64,000 nucleotides of DNA from Folioceros fuciformis (lineage: Eukaryota): the NCBI GenBank assembly GCA_049999805.1, contig JBNGIO010006282.1, positions 1 to 64,000 on the forward strand, given 5' to 3'. The notes beneath the pieces were generated by a model that saw only the letters and a program-made list of their open reading frames with translations, ran no database searches and was not told the origin of the DNA. The translations under genes were made by a program, and so were the position numbers. How positions within the stretch are numbered: position 1 is the stretch's first letter; each line of letters begins with the position of its first letter. Below are positions 12,029 to 29,363 of the stretch, piece by piece.

Positions 12029-14316
12029 ATGGGCGGCGACGACACGAACATTATGCCTGCAGCAGCAACAGCAGGCGAGGCGGAGGCCGGCGCTGGCGCC
12101 GGGGCCGCGGTCGGGGTCGGGGTCGGGGAGGAGGAAGAGGGCGAGGAGCAGCGGGCGGCGCCCAGGAAGCAGAAGAGGGCAGTATGGTCGGTGGACGATC
12201 TCAAGGTGCTGCAGCAGGCGAAGCGGCNNNNNNNNNNNNNNNNNNNNNNNNNNNNNNNNNNNNNNNNNNNNNNNNNNNNNNNNNNNNNNNNNNNNNNNNN
12301 NNNNNNNNNNNNNNNNNNNNNNNNNNNGGTGCTGCAGCAGGCGAAGCGGCACGACCAGGAGAAGTATCTGCGGGGAGGGAGGAAGGAGAAGCAGAGGAGC
12401 AGCGCGGAGAGGTGGACGAAGATCGCAGCAGTTTGCGCAAGGGAAGGGGTTCGGAGAACTCCAGGGCAATGTAAGCAGAAATGGGAGAATCTGGCGGTGG
12501 ATTGGAACAAGGTGGCGGATTACGGGCGGGGAATGGGGTCCAGGAAGGGGGTGCCGGCGTACTGGCAGATGACGAGCGAGGAGCGGAAGGGGAGGGGGCT
12601 GCCGCCCAGTTTTGCCAAGGATTTGTTCCATCTCATCGAGGAGTGGTATCCCAGGTGTCGGGCTGCTATTCTGGATCCACGCCTCATTTCTGATATCTCC
12701 GACAGCGCCATGTCGACGTCAGATTCGTCGGCGGGGCAGCAGGAGCAGGCAGAGGAGGTGGGCGGGAATGGGCAAGAGGAGACTGTGCAAAAGATTTGTG
12801 GGTTCGGGAGGGGACGCGGGTTGGAGGAGGTGGAGGATGTGGGTGCGGACGAGCCGGCGGTGAAGAAAGTGAGAAGGGTGGCTTGGTCGGTGGAGGATCT
12901 ACTGGTGCTCCAGGCGGCCAGGAGGAATGAGAAGGAGAGGGGCGTGAAGAGCGAAGTGCATAGGTCGGTGCAGGAGAGTTGGGCTGCGGTGTCGGCTTAC
13001 TGTGCCGCTAATGGGCTGCTGAGGCCGGCGGATAGCTGTAGGCAGAAGTGGGAGCAGGTGGCCACGGATTGGAAGAAAATCAACGAGTATGAGATGGGTG
13101 TGGAGGGGAGTGGCTGTTCTTCGTATTGGAGGATGAGTGGGGAGGAGAGGAAGGGGATGAAGTTGCCCTTCAGTTTTGCCAGGGCTTTGTTTGAAGCTAT
13201 TGGGTTGTGGTATCCCGGGAATTGTAGGGGAGGTGGATGCGAGAAGCTGGTGGGCTTGGAGTCGGGCGCGGGAGGAGTAATGGCTTCCTTACATAAGGCT
13301 TCCTTTGCGAGTGTAGATACTTGCACTACTTTGCGGGCTTTGGAGACGGGACAGGATTCCCACCTTGTTGTTAATACCCCCAGCATGACCACAGGTAGAA
13401 TTCCCTTCCCCTCCCTGTTGTTGCAGAGGTTTGCGGAGTTTTGGATCTTGTGGGTGGCACGGAATGGGTACGTGGTGTTGATGACACGGGGACTGACTGG
13501 CCATGCCTTGGTCCGAATGCTGCAGCTCCGCCACCTCAGGAATGCGCGCAGGCTGCACCGGGGTGTGCCAGACGAGGGTCCCCGGCTGTTGCAATGCGGT
13601 CCTCCTTGTCTGAGCTCGTGCCGGTGACGTCTCCTCCAGTGGCAGTACGACCGGGAGGCTGTTCAGGGATACCGGCCCCGTCTCCTGGGCCGGAGGTGGA
13701 CTGGCATTTCGTGCAAGGATGCATGAAAGGAATTGTCGGGCAGTTGCAGCGAATGGCTCAACCTTCTCGTGAGATGGAACAAGTTGGGCAGACCATGCAG
13801 GAGATGGAGGCCAGGTTGACGCATAGATTGGCGCATCTGGAGGGAGTGTTGGTGGGGAAGGTGGATAGTGCGCTCAGTAGAGTATCTCATATCGGCGGAA
13901 GGATCGAGGAGCTGAGTGAGCAGATGGATGCCCTGGAACAGAAGGTGGACCATTTTAGTGGGCAGCTGCAGGGTGTATCCGACATGGTGGAAAACGCGGA
14001 GGCCAAGAATGAGACGCGGTTTACAGATGCCATGTCCATGATCAAGGGCGGTATTGCAGCTGTCGAGGGACGTGCTTGGGCTCGCACCGTGAATGCTTGC
14101 TCGTCCAAAGCGGGTGACAGGGTAGAGCCTTTGCCGGATGAGAACATGAACATACCTCACAACTTTCCCAAAGTGGTGGAAGATATTGTAAACATGAGTG
14201 AAGTGGAGTTGGATGGCCTCCTGGAGACGTATGGATTGCCGGATGATGGTGCCAGTTGCACAAAGAGGCTCCGGCTTGCCAACTACTTGGGTTTAAGGGT
14301 CACACTACTAGAATAA
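12029..14316 (+). CDS. Trihelix (Myb/SANT-like, GT/ASR3-type) transcription factor with two trihelix domains, a coiled coil and a Mug135-like C-terminal domain
   Basis: Two copies of WS..DL.VLQ.A...W..(I/V)...C...G..R....C.QKWE....DW.K, each followed by YW.M..EERK...LP.SF. A second reading frame (13441-14316) carries a heptad coiled coil and a compact C-terminal domain. The two frames are joined by a presumed intron ending near 13426 (ttgcag); the donor is uncertain. N-gap at 12228-12327. Confidence 0.75.
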
Positions 14317-14554
14317 CGACCACATGTCTACGGGCTCTCACAAACTCTGAAGAACACATCAATTCCTCCTGCCACTATGCGGCAGAATGGCAAGTCCTCC
14401 CCTTGACATGTAAGATAAATGAGCCATAGTATCTAGGCAACTTGGGAAAGTCACGGTGCTTGCTGCAGTGCAAGATGAAGCGGCGGCAGCAAGCTCTAGC
14501 AATGTGTACCCGTTGGGCAGAAACATTCTTTTCTCACAGGTTGGTGAGTTACGA

Positions 14555-18439
<3,885 letters not shown>

Positions 18440-19187
18440 TGCTGAGCACCCCTTCAATCCGAAATCAAAGCAAAGGACCCAGCAGCTCAAACTGTAAGGT
18501 TGGAAGGGAGGCACAGAGCTGCAGCTGCAGCTCCTCAGGTACAGGTGCAGGGAATAGGAAATGCGGATTGGAGAGTGGTCGCAAAACACCACCACAGAGG
18601 CCTGAACCTGGACTTCACCTGTGGAGTACGTGAAGGCGGCAACTGGAGCTATAGATGCTCACTCACCTCAGACACTCAATGTGGCGAACTCTCCGTGTTG
18701 TAGCGTGTCCGAGGTGGTCGGTAAGGTTCGGTGCAGTCGGTGAAGGCGGAGAGAATTACGAAGCAGCCCTTGTCGTGCAATGCGACATGTTAGCGCTCCC
18801 CAGCGATCGAACCGTGGAAGCCTGAGCTTTGAAAACACTTTCCGCCTCTACGTTAACTCTCAATTGGATTTGCCTCCTTCCTACAAGTCAGATCAACGTA
18901 CCCACACTGTTCAAATCTACCGGCTCCCAACCAACCCCGGATCTCCCATTTCCACGTCACAGACGACGGAGAAAAACAGGATCTGTCACTGGAAAGGCTT
19001 TTGCTCGACCATAAGAGAAATAAGGCAAACTTGCAAAATTTAGTGCACTCTTAGATTACGTCCGTCCAGAAAGGTTGCAAAGCTCAACGGGATTATGTTA
19101 CAAGCCGAGAGGGTCGGCACGCCCGTCCATCCACCTGCAGTTGCTGCTTTCTTAGAAAAGTGCCCAGAGGAGGTGCTTCTCGATCAG

Positions 19188-22100
19188 CTACACCTTTCCA
19201 GTGTACTTGAAGTTCCGCTCGTAGTCCTTGCTGAGGGATAGTAGCGCACCGCGCTGAGACCCATCTGCAGTTATCACATCAAATTTGTCTTCAACGTTGT
19301 AGACATGAGAAGGAGGAAGAAAGAGCATCACCCACTTGGAGTTGCACGAACCTGCAAGCGTTGCATGCAGTTGCTGCAGGTCACGAGGTATGCATGCATC
19401 GAGTAAAGCGAACGCTCCAGGTCGGAGTAAGCTTTCCACCTCCCTGCAAAGAGGGAACCCACCATCAGCTCAGAAACCGTGGAGAAGAGAAGGAGAAGAG
19501 AACGGTGGAAGATTTAGTTCAGCAACCTGTGCAGACCACCAGCTACGCCGCCGGAGCCTGCAATGACACACAGGTATTCCGCCAGAAGATGAGCCGCGTA
19601 CTTGCCCAGTGTGGCCTTCTGTTCACGGAGCTGGAAGCAAGAGGTGACATCATTGTTAGGGAGATCAGTAGGGACCGGACCACGACCGTGCCTTGCGACG
19701 CCCACAGTTAGAGCAGACCTCTTCATACACTCGCCGAAGCCATGATGCACATACTTTTGCGTCTGCCACAGTCCAGACTTGACGGCTCGCCTGTTTTGGT
19801 ACATGCTGCCAGTTTGGCAGGACCAAGCACCTCAGCAACACCTTCACTGATTCCTCTAAAAGGGCAATGCAGTGCCCAGTTCGCCTGTATTAATCCACAA
19901 AACTATGAGAGGAGGCCCGTGCACACTTACAACATGCTCCTGGATCATTGCCAACTGGATATGTACCTTGTGCGATGTCTCAGCAGCGCGCATAGAAGCT
20001 GACAGGAGGCTGTGTAGAGGCGCACAGAAATCATATTCTCAACTCCACCTTCGCCTCCTTCCACACTGGTGGGAGGCTGTTGCTCAGCGATCGTGAAATG
20101 TTGGACAATTGAATCTGGTGGTATACAAGCCTCATAGAATGGTCGGAACAGAAGAGCTGGAAAGTGCAATGCCATTCCTGTCTGGCTTGCTGTCATGGGA
20201 AACAATATGGCTCGAGATGACAGCTTTATCAATATCTCCAGACATTGAAGAACGACAGGTGCCGCATCAATACTCTCAGCGGAGATGGTTGCGAGCTCCT
20301 GGCTATCTGCTTTGACCCCGTTCAACTTAAGAAGAGGTCGTTGAAGGTGGGAGAGCATGCTGAAGATCGCTGACAAGAAAGCAGGACTGTGCTTTTCCAG
20401 CAGTTGCAGTCGACGTTTGTCTGTTTCCAAACAAAGGCAGCCGGCAGTCAATGATGAGCATCAGAAAGACGAGTTGCGCTTCATCAAGCCTAGATGACGC
20501 AACTGTGCATACTTACTTGTGATGGATTTCAAAACGATGGCCATACATTGGACACCCCCGGCAGCTTCCCGCCCAACACTTCCTTCCATGAGCCCTGCCT
20601 TTAAACCAGAACCATAATTTGATCCCCCAAGCACCGATTTCTTGACAAGCTGCAGGCCCAGGACTAGATGTTGCCTTGGAGAGTCTTTCAGCAACATGCC
20701 AAATGATACTTCGGTTGCATGTCTCCATTGACCAAGAAAATCTGCAGAAGCACCAGCTCTTTCACGAAAGCCAAACTCCATCCCCCGAGCAGGGTCATGA
20801 TCTTTCCATTGCTCACCCGTTTCAGGGACCCCTTCTGTCCGTCTTATCTCATGTTTCGAGGGAGCCAAAGCTCCAAGCAACGATACATGAAGTTTAACCA
20901 GCTTGGAAAATACGGGTAATGGAATGGAAGGCGAGACACAGGACAGAAGGTTGCACGAGGACTCCATAAATTTCGAGACTCCTAGAAGCCATCTCCTATT
21001 ATCTGCTTCGTTACGGTGTATTGATGACCCTGCTCCTATTAGCAGCCAGTACGCAGCTCCAAGTAGAACTTTGACCCAGGGTGGCAGAGTCTTCCCAGTT
21101 CTTCCAAACTGAGTGAAGCACTTTGAGGCAGATCCAACAGCACAGGGTGAGAAACAGAGAATTCGGAGGCGCACCATAGCAGCTATGCCTAAATATAGTT
21201 CTCCAACACATTGAGAACGTAAGTCATCGGTGCCATCTAGGATACCTTCAATCCTGCGCTCCTGGAGTTCCAAGGCTTCAGAAGATGCCGCTCCTGGCAC
21301 TAGAACACAGGTGTCAAACATCCCCCACTCCTTGTCATGAGCAGCAATACTGTCAGCCTCGTCTTCATCATCGCTTTGTTTGGCGTTCAGATCTTTTTGC
21401 TCCAGCCCCGGCCCCTGCTTTCTCAGGTGAGTATCGAGGTCAAGGCCATCTGCATCAGCATCATCATCGTCATCACCACTTGATTCATCGACCTCCTGAC
21501 AATCACGCAGATCAGTGGTTGCATCAGTCTTGTCATCCTCCTGCCACTCGTTCAGGGCTTCCTTCAACTTCACTGGCTTTGCAAAATCTCCAGATATGGG
21601 ACAGCTATCGCTGAGAACTGCCTCTGAGCTAATTGGAACAACCAAGTTCAGCAAATATTTTACTAGTAATGGCTCCAACTTTTGGATGGACTGAAGCCAT
21701 GTACTTGGCAGCTTGGCCTGCCATGTCAGATTGCGATTTTCGCTATTGTAACACTTTTCATTGAGGTCCTCAATAGCGGAGACCATGCTCCCGAGGTAGC
21801 TACTTACTTCTGATAAAACTGTGAGAGCACGAAACCAATCCTTCTGGGATACTGGGTTCACAGCACGAGAACATTTGAAATCTGAACCTGCTGGCTTGAG
21901 ACAAGATTCAATAAGTTGTAACTGCTTATGCAAAGATTGAGCTACCTGAATCATCGCCTCCCGGTGTTTCAAATCTGGGGTATGGTCACTGACATCAGAA
22001 GAATCTTGCTGCTGAGATACAGTGATAAGCGAACTGGCATCCTGATAGAAAACATTGCCACATATACTGCTCATAACCTGACGAGAGTTGCTCATTAGAG

Positions 22101-25100
22101 CATAAAGAGGTTCCCACTCAGAGGAGGCGGAGTCATGCCCTTGCCAAAGCTTCTGTAAATCAACAAAAACAGCTGTAGCAGCATAGATAGATACAAAGAA
22201 CCAGCTTGCAGCCTCTTGTGACTCGAACAGTTTGCACATAATCTCGGAACCTGTGGTCCCTTTTGCACTTGATCCTGAAGCACTCAAACACTTGAACGCT
22301 CGGCGGCAGCCTGAAAAAATCTTGAGGAGACGCACCACAACACTCCTCAAGGTATGACCGGCATCAGCAGACAGAGCTTCAGGGTGCTTTGAACAAACTG
22401 CAACCCTGATGTTGAGCAACGTTTTCATCAAAAACCTGATTGCATCGACAAACCATGCACCAACGTGAGTGTCAGAAAACTATCTGAACAAGATGTGCGT
22501 GCAGAAGGTTGGACGACAGATGTGCTCACCTCTCAACTTTTGCCAAATGCAAAACATGTACGCCAGTGTGGCTTGCTGCGAAGTAGCCCTGAGGAAGTGA
22601 GCATAGCAAATCTAGGAGACGGGCACATTGTTCCAGGTCTTGAACAAGGTTGCAGTCTGTTTTTGTTCCAGTAACCAGTTTCCGTAACTTGCGTAATGCT
22701 TTTTTCAAAGGTTTCCGTGCTACGCTTCCATTCTGTGCACAGGCGTTGGAAGGACTGCGAAACTCCTCCTCTATTTTCTCAACTGTACTTCTTAGATGCT
22801 CTGCACCTTGCCGATCAATTTGGCGACCCTCCTGATCGAAGGGGGAAACCTGTAACAAAGAGTGTACGTGACCTAGTACACGCTCCCAAAGGGCAGAAGC
22901 AAAGACCGTCTGTAGTTGCTGTTCATGACCCATATGTATGCATCAAAGGACAGAACAGCAGAGATAAGTAAGAACCAACATACTTAGAAGGCAGAGAGCA
23001 GCTTCAAATGAAAGAAGGCAGAAATTGAATATCGCCTGCTTCACGTATGTTCAAGGACACCACTATTCCAATCACTTTCGAGTGGAGAGGCTTACGGATT
23101 GCTCATACAGCAAGGCATCCTTCATTAGCTCCGTAGTGATGCCATGCACAGAGGCCATCTGAGGCTGGTCGCTCACACCATCGAGGATTGTCTTGGGGCG
23201 CAGGTAGCTTGCCAGCAAGCAAGATACAAAATCACCCAGCATGCTGTCTGTGGCATACTCTGACCAGACATCCACTGTCAGACACAAGAGCCTCCATCTT
23301 GCAATCAGCAGTGTTTCAGGCTTCAGCGTCGCAATTATCGTATCCCATGATACCTGACAGACCGCAGAGTTACTTGCAGAATCACCACACATTCCATTGT
23401 CTTCCTCGGCAGAGTTTGGTGAAAAGTCGTCCAAGCTCTGTCTGAAAGATGAAAGACCTCTGCAAACAAAGGCTACCAAGGCAGCCACCTCGTGTTTAAA
23501 AGAGAGGACTGCCTCAGCCATCTCTGAACTATCGTCGTTTTCTGAGACTGATGGCTCAACTGTACCAAATTTGCTTGGTAGAAATTCCAAAATCCTGAGT
23601 TGTCCCTTCACATCTACAATTCTCTGGATTGCCACATAATCTAGGATATAAGCCAGAGCAGGAAGCTTGTTACCGGTCCTCTCCTGCATCCCTGTCAACA
23701 CGTCAGGCATCCATTTTGAGAAGTGACCTATCCATGAAAAAAAGGTCCTGTCCTTAAGTGTGTCAGCGACCTCTTCACCACTGCTGCCAAAGACATTGAA
23801 AACAGGTTCACCCACTTCAGCACTGGCTTTCTTTGCGGCTTTAGGAGGCATTAAGCTTCTGCATTGCCTGTCCAAGCTCCTGCATGCCAAGAATGTTCTG
23901 AGCAGGAAATACACTTTGGAGGAGTTCAGCTCATCATCCTCAGGTCTGGATCCTACAGCAGACTTCTGACTACTCACTTCTGACTTCTGACTCCAGTCTT
24001 TGTGCCTCTTCTGTCGTTGTTTCAGCGAGCTGCCGTAAGCCTCGCCGTTTATACCCTGAGGGGATACTTTTAAAGACAAGTCAATCAAGTTCCCTAGTGG
24101 CAGGCTTATGCCAGAGGTGACTGCATTCCTTACGGCCGCACCCACATGGATACTGTTTGTTGCTGTCACATTCACGTTCTCCAAAACACAGCTGTAGATT
24201 TCTGATAGCCCCTTGGTGGCTGCAGCCGCTTGGAGTACAATTTCACGAGTTTCTGACTGGGGGTCAAGTGACATCGTAGTTGATGCAGGAATTGTGTCAA
24301 AGAGCTCTATTGTCTCCTTCAGATCGGCTGCCAACACCCGCACTACTTGAGAAGATTGGCCTTCAGGTAAAGTTCTCACAGCAACTGCTAAAGTTTGAAG
24401 GAAATGTTTTGAAGCGACTATGGTCTCTACAGCACTGGACACTAGCCAACGATGGGATCCCACATATGGCAAGCTGCCGCTGGTATTAGTCCTGAGGCAA
24501 GAGCACAGCACCAAGAGAGGACGATCAACCTGCCAAGAAAATGCAACGTCAACCCATTATGAGAGCGTAGCTTGCATGGGAGGGCAGTGAACAGCAAGCA
24601 TACGAGCTCCCAAGATATGAAGCTCGATGACAACAACATACCTGCCGCAAATCACTATACATCTGGAGAATTCTGCATGCCACCTGCATAACCTCTGAGA
24701 AAGGTTCGTGATCTCGAGTACCACTGTCTTGAGTTTCATAAGAAGTGCTTACTGCAACAGCATTCAGCAGCGTCAACCAGACATCTGCTAGGTGCTGCTC
24801 TGTCACTCTGTATTCAAGATCCAACAGGTGACCAATTGCCAAGACAACCTGCCTCGACATTGATGCTGCTGACATTGCGAACACTTGGTTCCCCACGTTT
24901 TGAGAGCTTTCGTGTACTAACTTGGCTGCTTTCATTATCACATCCTGTAAATATCTCAAAAACAGTAAATGGGATTCTTTTCGTGTGTCCTCTGTAGGAA
25001 CGTAGACATGTTCATCTTTTGCTGCAGAAAGCAATGAGTTTACAGCATCCAACAACTGCGATACCCTTCTCATAATCACATCACCACGTTCTACATCCTC

Positions 25101-26782
25101 GAACGGATAGTCAACGAATAATTGCTCAACTTCCTGTACTAAAGGCCCTACCAACTCGGCAAACACAGCAAACAACTGTTCACTCTGCCTAAGCCTCTGG
25201 GTCTGTGATCTGGAAACAACACCTGCATCAGTTTGGCTGCCCGTCTGCCCACTGTCACCGTCAGCCGCATCTTCTTTCTCAGGCTTGTCCCCTTCAGTGT
25301 CCTTACCACCATCACCTTGGGCTTCGTCTTTCCGTTCAGAATGGTCTTTACTCTCATTTTGACTAACAGCCTGGGTCCTCTCTTTCCCTTGTATACCATA
25401 AACATCCTGGAGAAGTGCAGTTGAGTGTACTTTCAACCTCTGTGCATAAGCTCTTAGCAAAAAGCCTACAGAACAAAGAACAACACTGGGTTTTCCTGAT
25501 CTGAGATTGTGCAATGTTTCGAAGAGGTGACGCTGATAGTGCCTTCCAGTCCCCTTCTTTGGAACAGTTCCCTGGTATTGCTTCCCTTCAAAGTCTTCTT
25601 TAGACGCTAAAAGCTCTTCTCTAGATGCTAACACCGAACATGCATCCGCATAGTCTCCCATGTGCGCTAAATGGAACAAGCCCTCTCTCAGGACATCTTC
25701 CAATGCCTTCTGGTACCGATTCCGCCACACGTAGATGCCTTCATTTTGTGGGTAACCACTTCCGCACTTCAAACTCGCCAAAGAAGTGAAAAGAGGACCA
25801 AGTAGCTTCTCCACCACACCATCATACACCGTTCGAGGATTTGGATACCAAATCACAAACCTCGCAAACGACTCCATCACAACAAGAACCAGTAAATGTA
25901 AAGGACCAACCCCAGCCCTCAAACTCTCCACGCTAGTCAGGCCCTTGGCCTGTTCCAGGTCGAGTGCAGACATGGCCAGTGAAAACCATTGCTCCGAGCT
26001 GGGCCTGAACATTCTCTCGTGCTGGGTAAACAGAATATGCAACACCTCGGCCAGAACCTCCATCAATCCGTCTGCTCCGTCACTTCCTTTCCCACCATCC
26101 TGAGCCTTGCCATCTTCCACAGCTCCTCGAACAAAAGCCAAAGACACTCCCTTCAGAATACTTAGAGACATGCAGCCAACCCCCCCTAAGTGCCCAGAAC
26201 AGAGACACCATCGCAGAATCCTCCAAACCTCCGCATTCAAGCAGGCAGGCAACGACTCCCTGCCCTGCTTCGTATTTCCACCGTCTTTACAGGACTTGAT
26301 TATCGCCGATTGCACCCAATCCGACAGAAACGACACAAACTGCGGAATGGCAATCCACTCAACCCCACCATTCACACCACTCTCCTGCTGCCGCCGCTGC
26401 TCCTCATAACCTCCAATGAACCGCCCAACAACCTCAATCTTCCTGCACCACAACCAAAACCATGAGCTCAGAAGCCTCCCAATCTCTCCCCCACAAACAA
26501 ACATACTCCCTCCCAATCTTACCTTAACAAAGGCACTTTAGGATTGCGCAGAGCATGAACGATTCTGGAAGCGGGCATGAACCCATCCAGCTCGTCATCC
26601 ACCTTCCTCCTTCCACTGTCCCCCTGCTCCTCACCATCTCCAACCCCCTCAACCCTCTTCCGCTTCTCCTTCCTCCTCTCCTCCTTCGTCCCACAATCCC
26701 CCACCATTTCATCCTCTATTTTCTGCTTCTTCTTCCGCCTCCTCTCCCTGTCCTCCCCAGCCCCCCTCCTGCAACCCACCAT
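19188..26782 (-). CDS. URB2: Urb2/Npa2 nucleolar pre-ribosomal protein, large multi-exon gene
   Basis: Long helical exons (24549-26516, 23072-24514, 20461-22431) with a basic N-terminus, ending in the Urb2-type C-terminus LRPGAFALLDAC...DLQQLHATL...L..DYERNFKYTGKV*. Confidence 0.85.
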
Positions 26783-27193
26783 GTCTTTCACGCTCCGACG
26801 CCAACCCTCCACAGACAGCACGCTACCCCGTCTTTTCCCGCGTTTCCTTCAGGAACACCATGTGAGCCTGTTTCACGGGGCGCTCAAACGAGCTGGGCAA
26901 AACCCATAACTCTGCTCACTAGCCTATAAAACCAGTCTTCGTGCCATTTTGGGAAGTTGTCTTTTGAATCTGCAGGCACGAATTGTGGAGCCTGACTCCG
27001 CATCCCCCGGGAAGGAAACGCGCGCAAAAAGCATCTCCAGAACCTAGTATTTGTGATTTCTCGGGCTCGGAGGCCTTAAGCAGCAGGTTATGGCGATGGG
27101 GAGCAGCAATTTCCAATCTGAAGCTGCTGGAGCAGCGGCAGCAACAGCCCCGAGAGCCGAGCGACAGCAACGACGGGGCAAGAGTGACTAGAG

Positions 27194-28543
27194 ATGGATG
27201 CGATGAAGGACAGGTGGAGGAGCGGGGATTCCTGGTCCCTGCTGCACACGGACTGGGACAAGGGCGGGGGCCTCGGGGAACACCTCCGCCTGGTGGTCCT
27301 GGTGATGGCGCACGGTATCATCTGGTTCGCGAAGCTCATGCTGGTGCTGCTCCCGAGCCCCCTGTCGGCGTTGCTGCTGGGTCCCGAGAGTGGGAAGGCA
27401 GCATGGAGCGTGGTTGCAGCGGGGAAGAAGGTGGAGCAGGAGCTGGGCCTGGCCAGCGGCGCGGGTGGCGGCTCCGTGGGCATGATGGTCGTGGGTGGTC
27501 CTCGACGGCGGCCAGGAAACAAGCTCAGCATCGGGAGCAGCGGCCCTGTGGGCAGAGCTTTGTNNNNNNNNNNNNNNNNNNNNNNNNNNNNNNNNNNNNN
27601 NNNNNNNNNNNNNNNNNNNNNNNNNNNNNNNNNNNNNNNNNNNNNNNNNNNNNNNNNNNNNNNCTCGCAACGACTACAGCAGCAGCAGCAGGGTGGGATC
27701 TCGGGCTCCTGGTTGTGGAGCTGGATCCCTGTCCCCGGGCTGGGAGCCGCGTTCTGCCGGCCTCTCCCCGGCGCCGTGTCGTGGGCGGTGAGTTTGTGTC
27801 AGGCCATGCTTGCTGCCGCCTCGGGCTCGCAGCCCGCGCCGGTGGAAGAGGCCGACGACCTGAACAACGCCCCTGAGAAGCTGGCTCAGGAGTTGCTCTG
27901 GATGTCAGAGAAGATGGTGCAGTGCCACGCCGTAAGGGACGCTGTCCTGCTGTGGGCCACCGCGGCCCCGCTCGCCTTCTTGTCCCTCTCGGCTCCTGCG
28001 AAAGTGCAGCGATCGCTGGTCAGGCTCTCCGGTGAGTTTCTCCATCTCCCTCCCACATGCGACGCCCTTCTCTTCTCTTCTCATCGTCTCGCTTCCTCTC
28101 GTGAGTGTCACATCCTTCCCTTCCGTGCATGTTTCATGATGCCCTCCTCTGCAGTGCTACTTTGCAGGGGCCTAGTGGAGTCGGACTCAACAGACCTACC
28201 CAGCGACGTGAGGATGAAGCTTCTGCTCCTCTGGCTGCCGCTCTTCTGCAACGCCACCCACGGAGGCGACGGCCCCATCTTCTCCTCTGCCGAGCGGGCC
28301 AGCAACGAGAAGATGCTGGAAAAGCTCATCATCTTACTGCCGGAGGTGGATCAAGAGGAAATCCTGTCTCTCTGGCTGCACGAGTACTCCTTCTCCTCTT
28401 CGGACTGGCCCAATCTGGAGCACTGCTACACCAACTGGTGTAACTCGTCTCGGAAGCTGAGCCAGCTGCAGGCTCAGCAGATCACCCCCTCGGAAGAACT
28501 TCCCTTGGGGCCTGCTCGGAATTCCAGCAAGAGGATCTCGTAG
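27194..28543 (+). CDS. At3g19920/At5g64230-like protein (helical C-terminal domain shared with At3g05675-type BTB/POZ proteins; no BTB seen)
   Basis: Motifs EKLAQELLWM, W......A.LSLSA..KVQ, LL.LWLPLFC.A..G.D.P, LP..DQE.IL..WL..Y..S.SDWPNL..CY..WC. In-frame 123-bp GT-AG intron at 28032-28154. N-gap at 27564-27663. Confidence 0.75.
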   Translation: MDAMKDRWRSGDSWSLLHTDWDKGGGLGEHLRLVVLVMAHGIIWFAKLMLVLLPSPLSALLLGPESGKAAWSVVAAGKKVEQELGLASGAGGGSVGMMVVGGPRRRPGNKLSIGSSGPVGRALXXXXXXXXXXXXXXXXXXXXXXXXXXXXXXXXXXSQRLQQQQQGGISGSWLWSWIPVPGLGAAFCRPLPGAVSWAVSLCQAMLAAASGSQPAPVEEADDLNNAPEKLAQELLWMSEKMVQCHAVRDAVLLWATAAPLAFLSLSAPAKVQRSLVRLSGEFLHLPPTCDALLFSSHRLASSRECHILPFRACFMMPSSAVLLCRGLVESDSTDLPSDVRMKLLLLWLPLFCNATHGGDGPIFSSAERASNEKMLEKLIILLPEVDQEEILSLWLHEYSFSSSDWPNLEHCYTNWCNSSRKLSQLQAQQITPSEELPLGPARNSSKRIS

Positions 28544-28731
28544 ACTGAATTACCCTCTTGCCGTTTTACATCTCGTAGACTGAATTAAGTACATACAATA
28601 ATTTGTATCAATGACAATCCTTACAAATAGTGGATAAAACTTGAATACTGCACATTCGCTCAACTAAGGTTCTAGGCCATCCTAACTTAGCATGCACCCC
28701 GACATGGATTATCTCAACTCATCGTACACCT

Positions 28732-29110
28732 ACAAACACAAACTGCCCTTAGCCTATGCATCTAAGAATGCTACTTTGTTAACAAGCATAAACTACTATT
28801 AGCCTATGCATTTAAGAGTGATAAATTATCAAGAAGATTATCCTAACTCACCATACACCTACAAACACGAACTATCATTAGCCTATGTATCTAGGAATGC
28901 TGCTTTGTCAACAAACACAAACTACCATTAGCCTATGCATCTAAGAGTGTTAAATTATCAAGAAACACGAACTACCATTAGTTTATGCATCTAAGAGTGC
29001 TACTTTGTCAACAAACACAAACTACCATTACCCTATACATCTAAGAGTGCTATTTTGTCAAGGAACACGAACTACTATTAGTCTATGCATTTAAGAGTGC
29101 TACTTTGTCA
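28732..29110. repeat. 50-bp tandem minisatellite, ~7 copies
   Basis: Unit acaaacac(a/g)aactaccattagcctatgcatctaagagtgctactttgtca starts at 28861, 28911, 28961, 29011 and 29061, with two more copies upstream. Confidence 0.9.
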
Positions 29111-29363
29111 TGGTACAGAAAGAATAGAAAGTTGGCTCGAGCAACATTAAGAGTGATGGATTCAAAGTAGGAGATGATTGGGGAATGTTTGAATTTGCCT
29201 TGCACTTTCTTTGGTTGAAAGAATTAAAAGTCATTCTCTGTGGGTTTGGTTGAAAGCATTGAGATTCATCCTCTGGGTGTTTGAGTTGCTACAACATTTC
29301 ACTCCTCTACTATAGAATACTAATTACATTTAAGAGCCATCTTTACAACTACGAGAAGTTGTT

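Noticed and set aside
12205-12350. Apparent duplication of VLQQAKR around the N-run
   Set aside because: The same 23-bp sequence flanks a 100-N gap, which is typical of an unmerged contig overlap.
13395-13426. 32-bp GT-AG micro-intron that would join the two trihelix-gene frames
   Set aside because: The phase fits, but it is implausibly short compared with other introns here. An upstream donor or a frameshift cannot be excluded, so it was not asserted.
26983-27876. Long alternative-frame ORFs over GC-rich genes (also 32949-33911, 38744-39256, 54145-54630)
   Set aside because: They are shadow or antisense ORFs of well-supported genes and have no motifs of their own.
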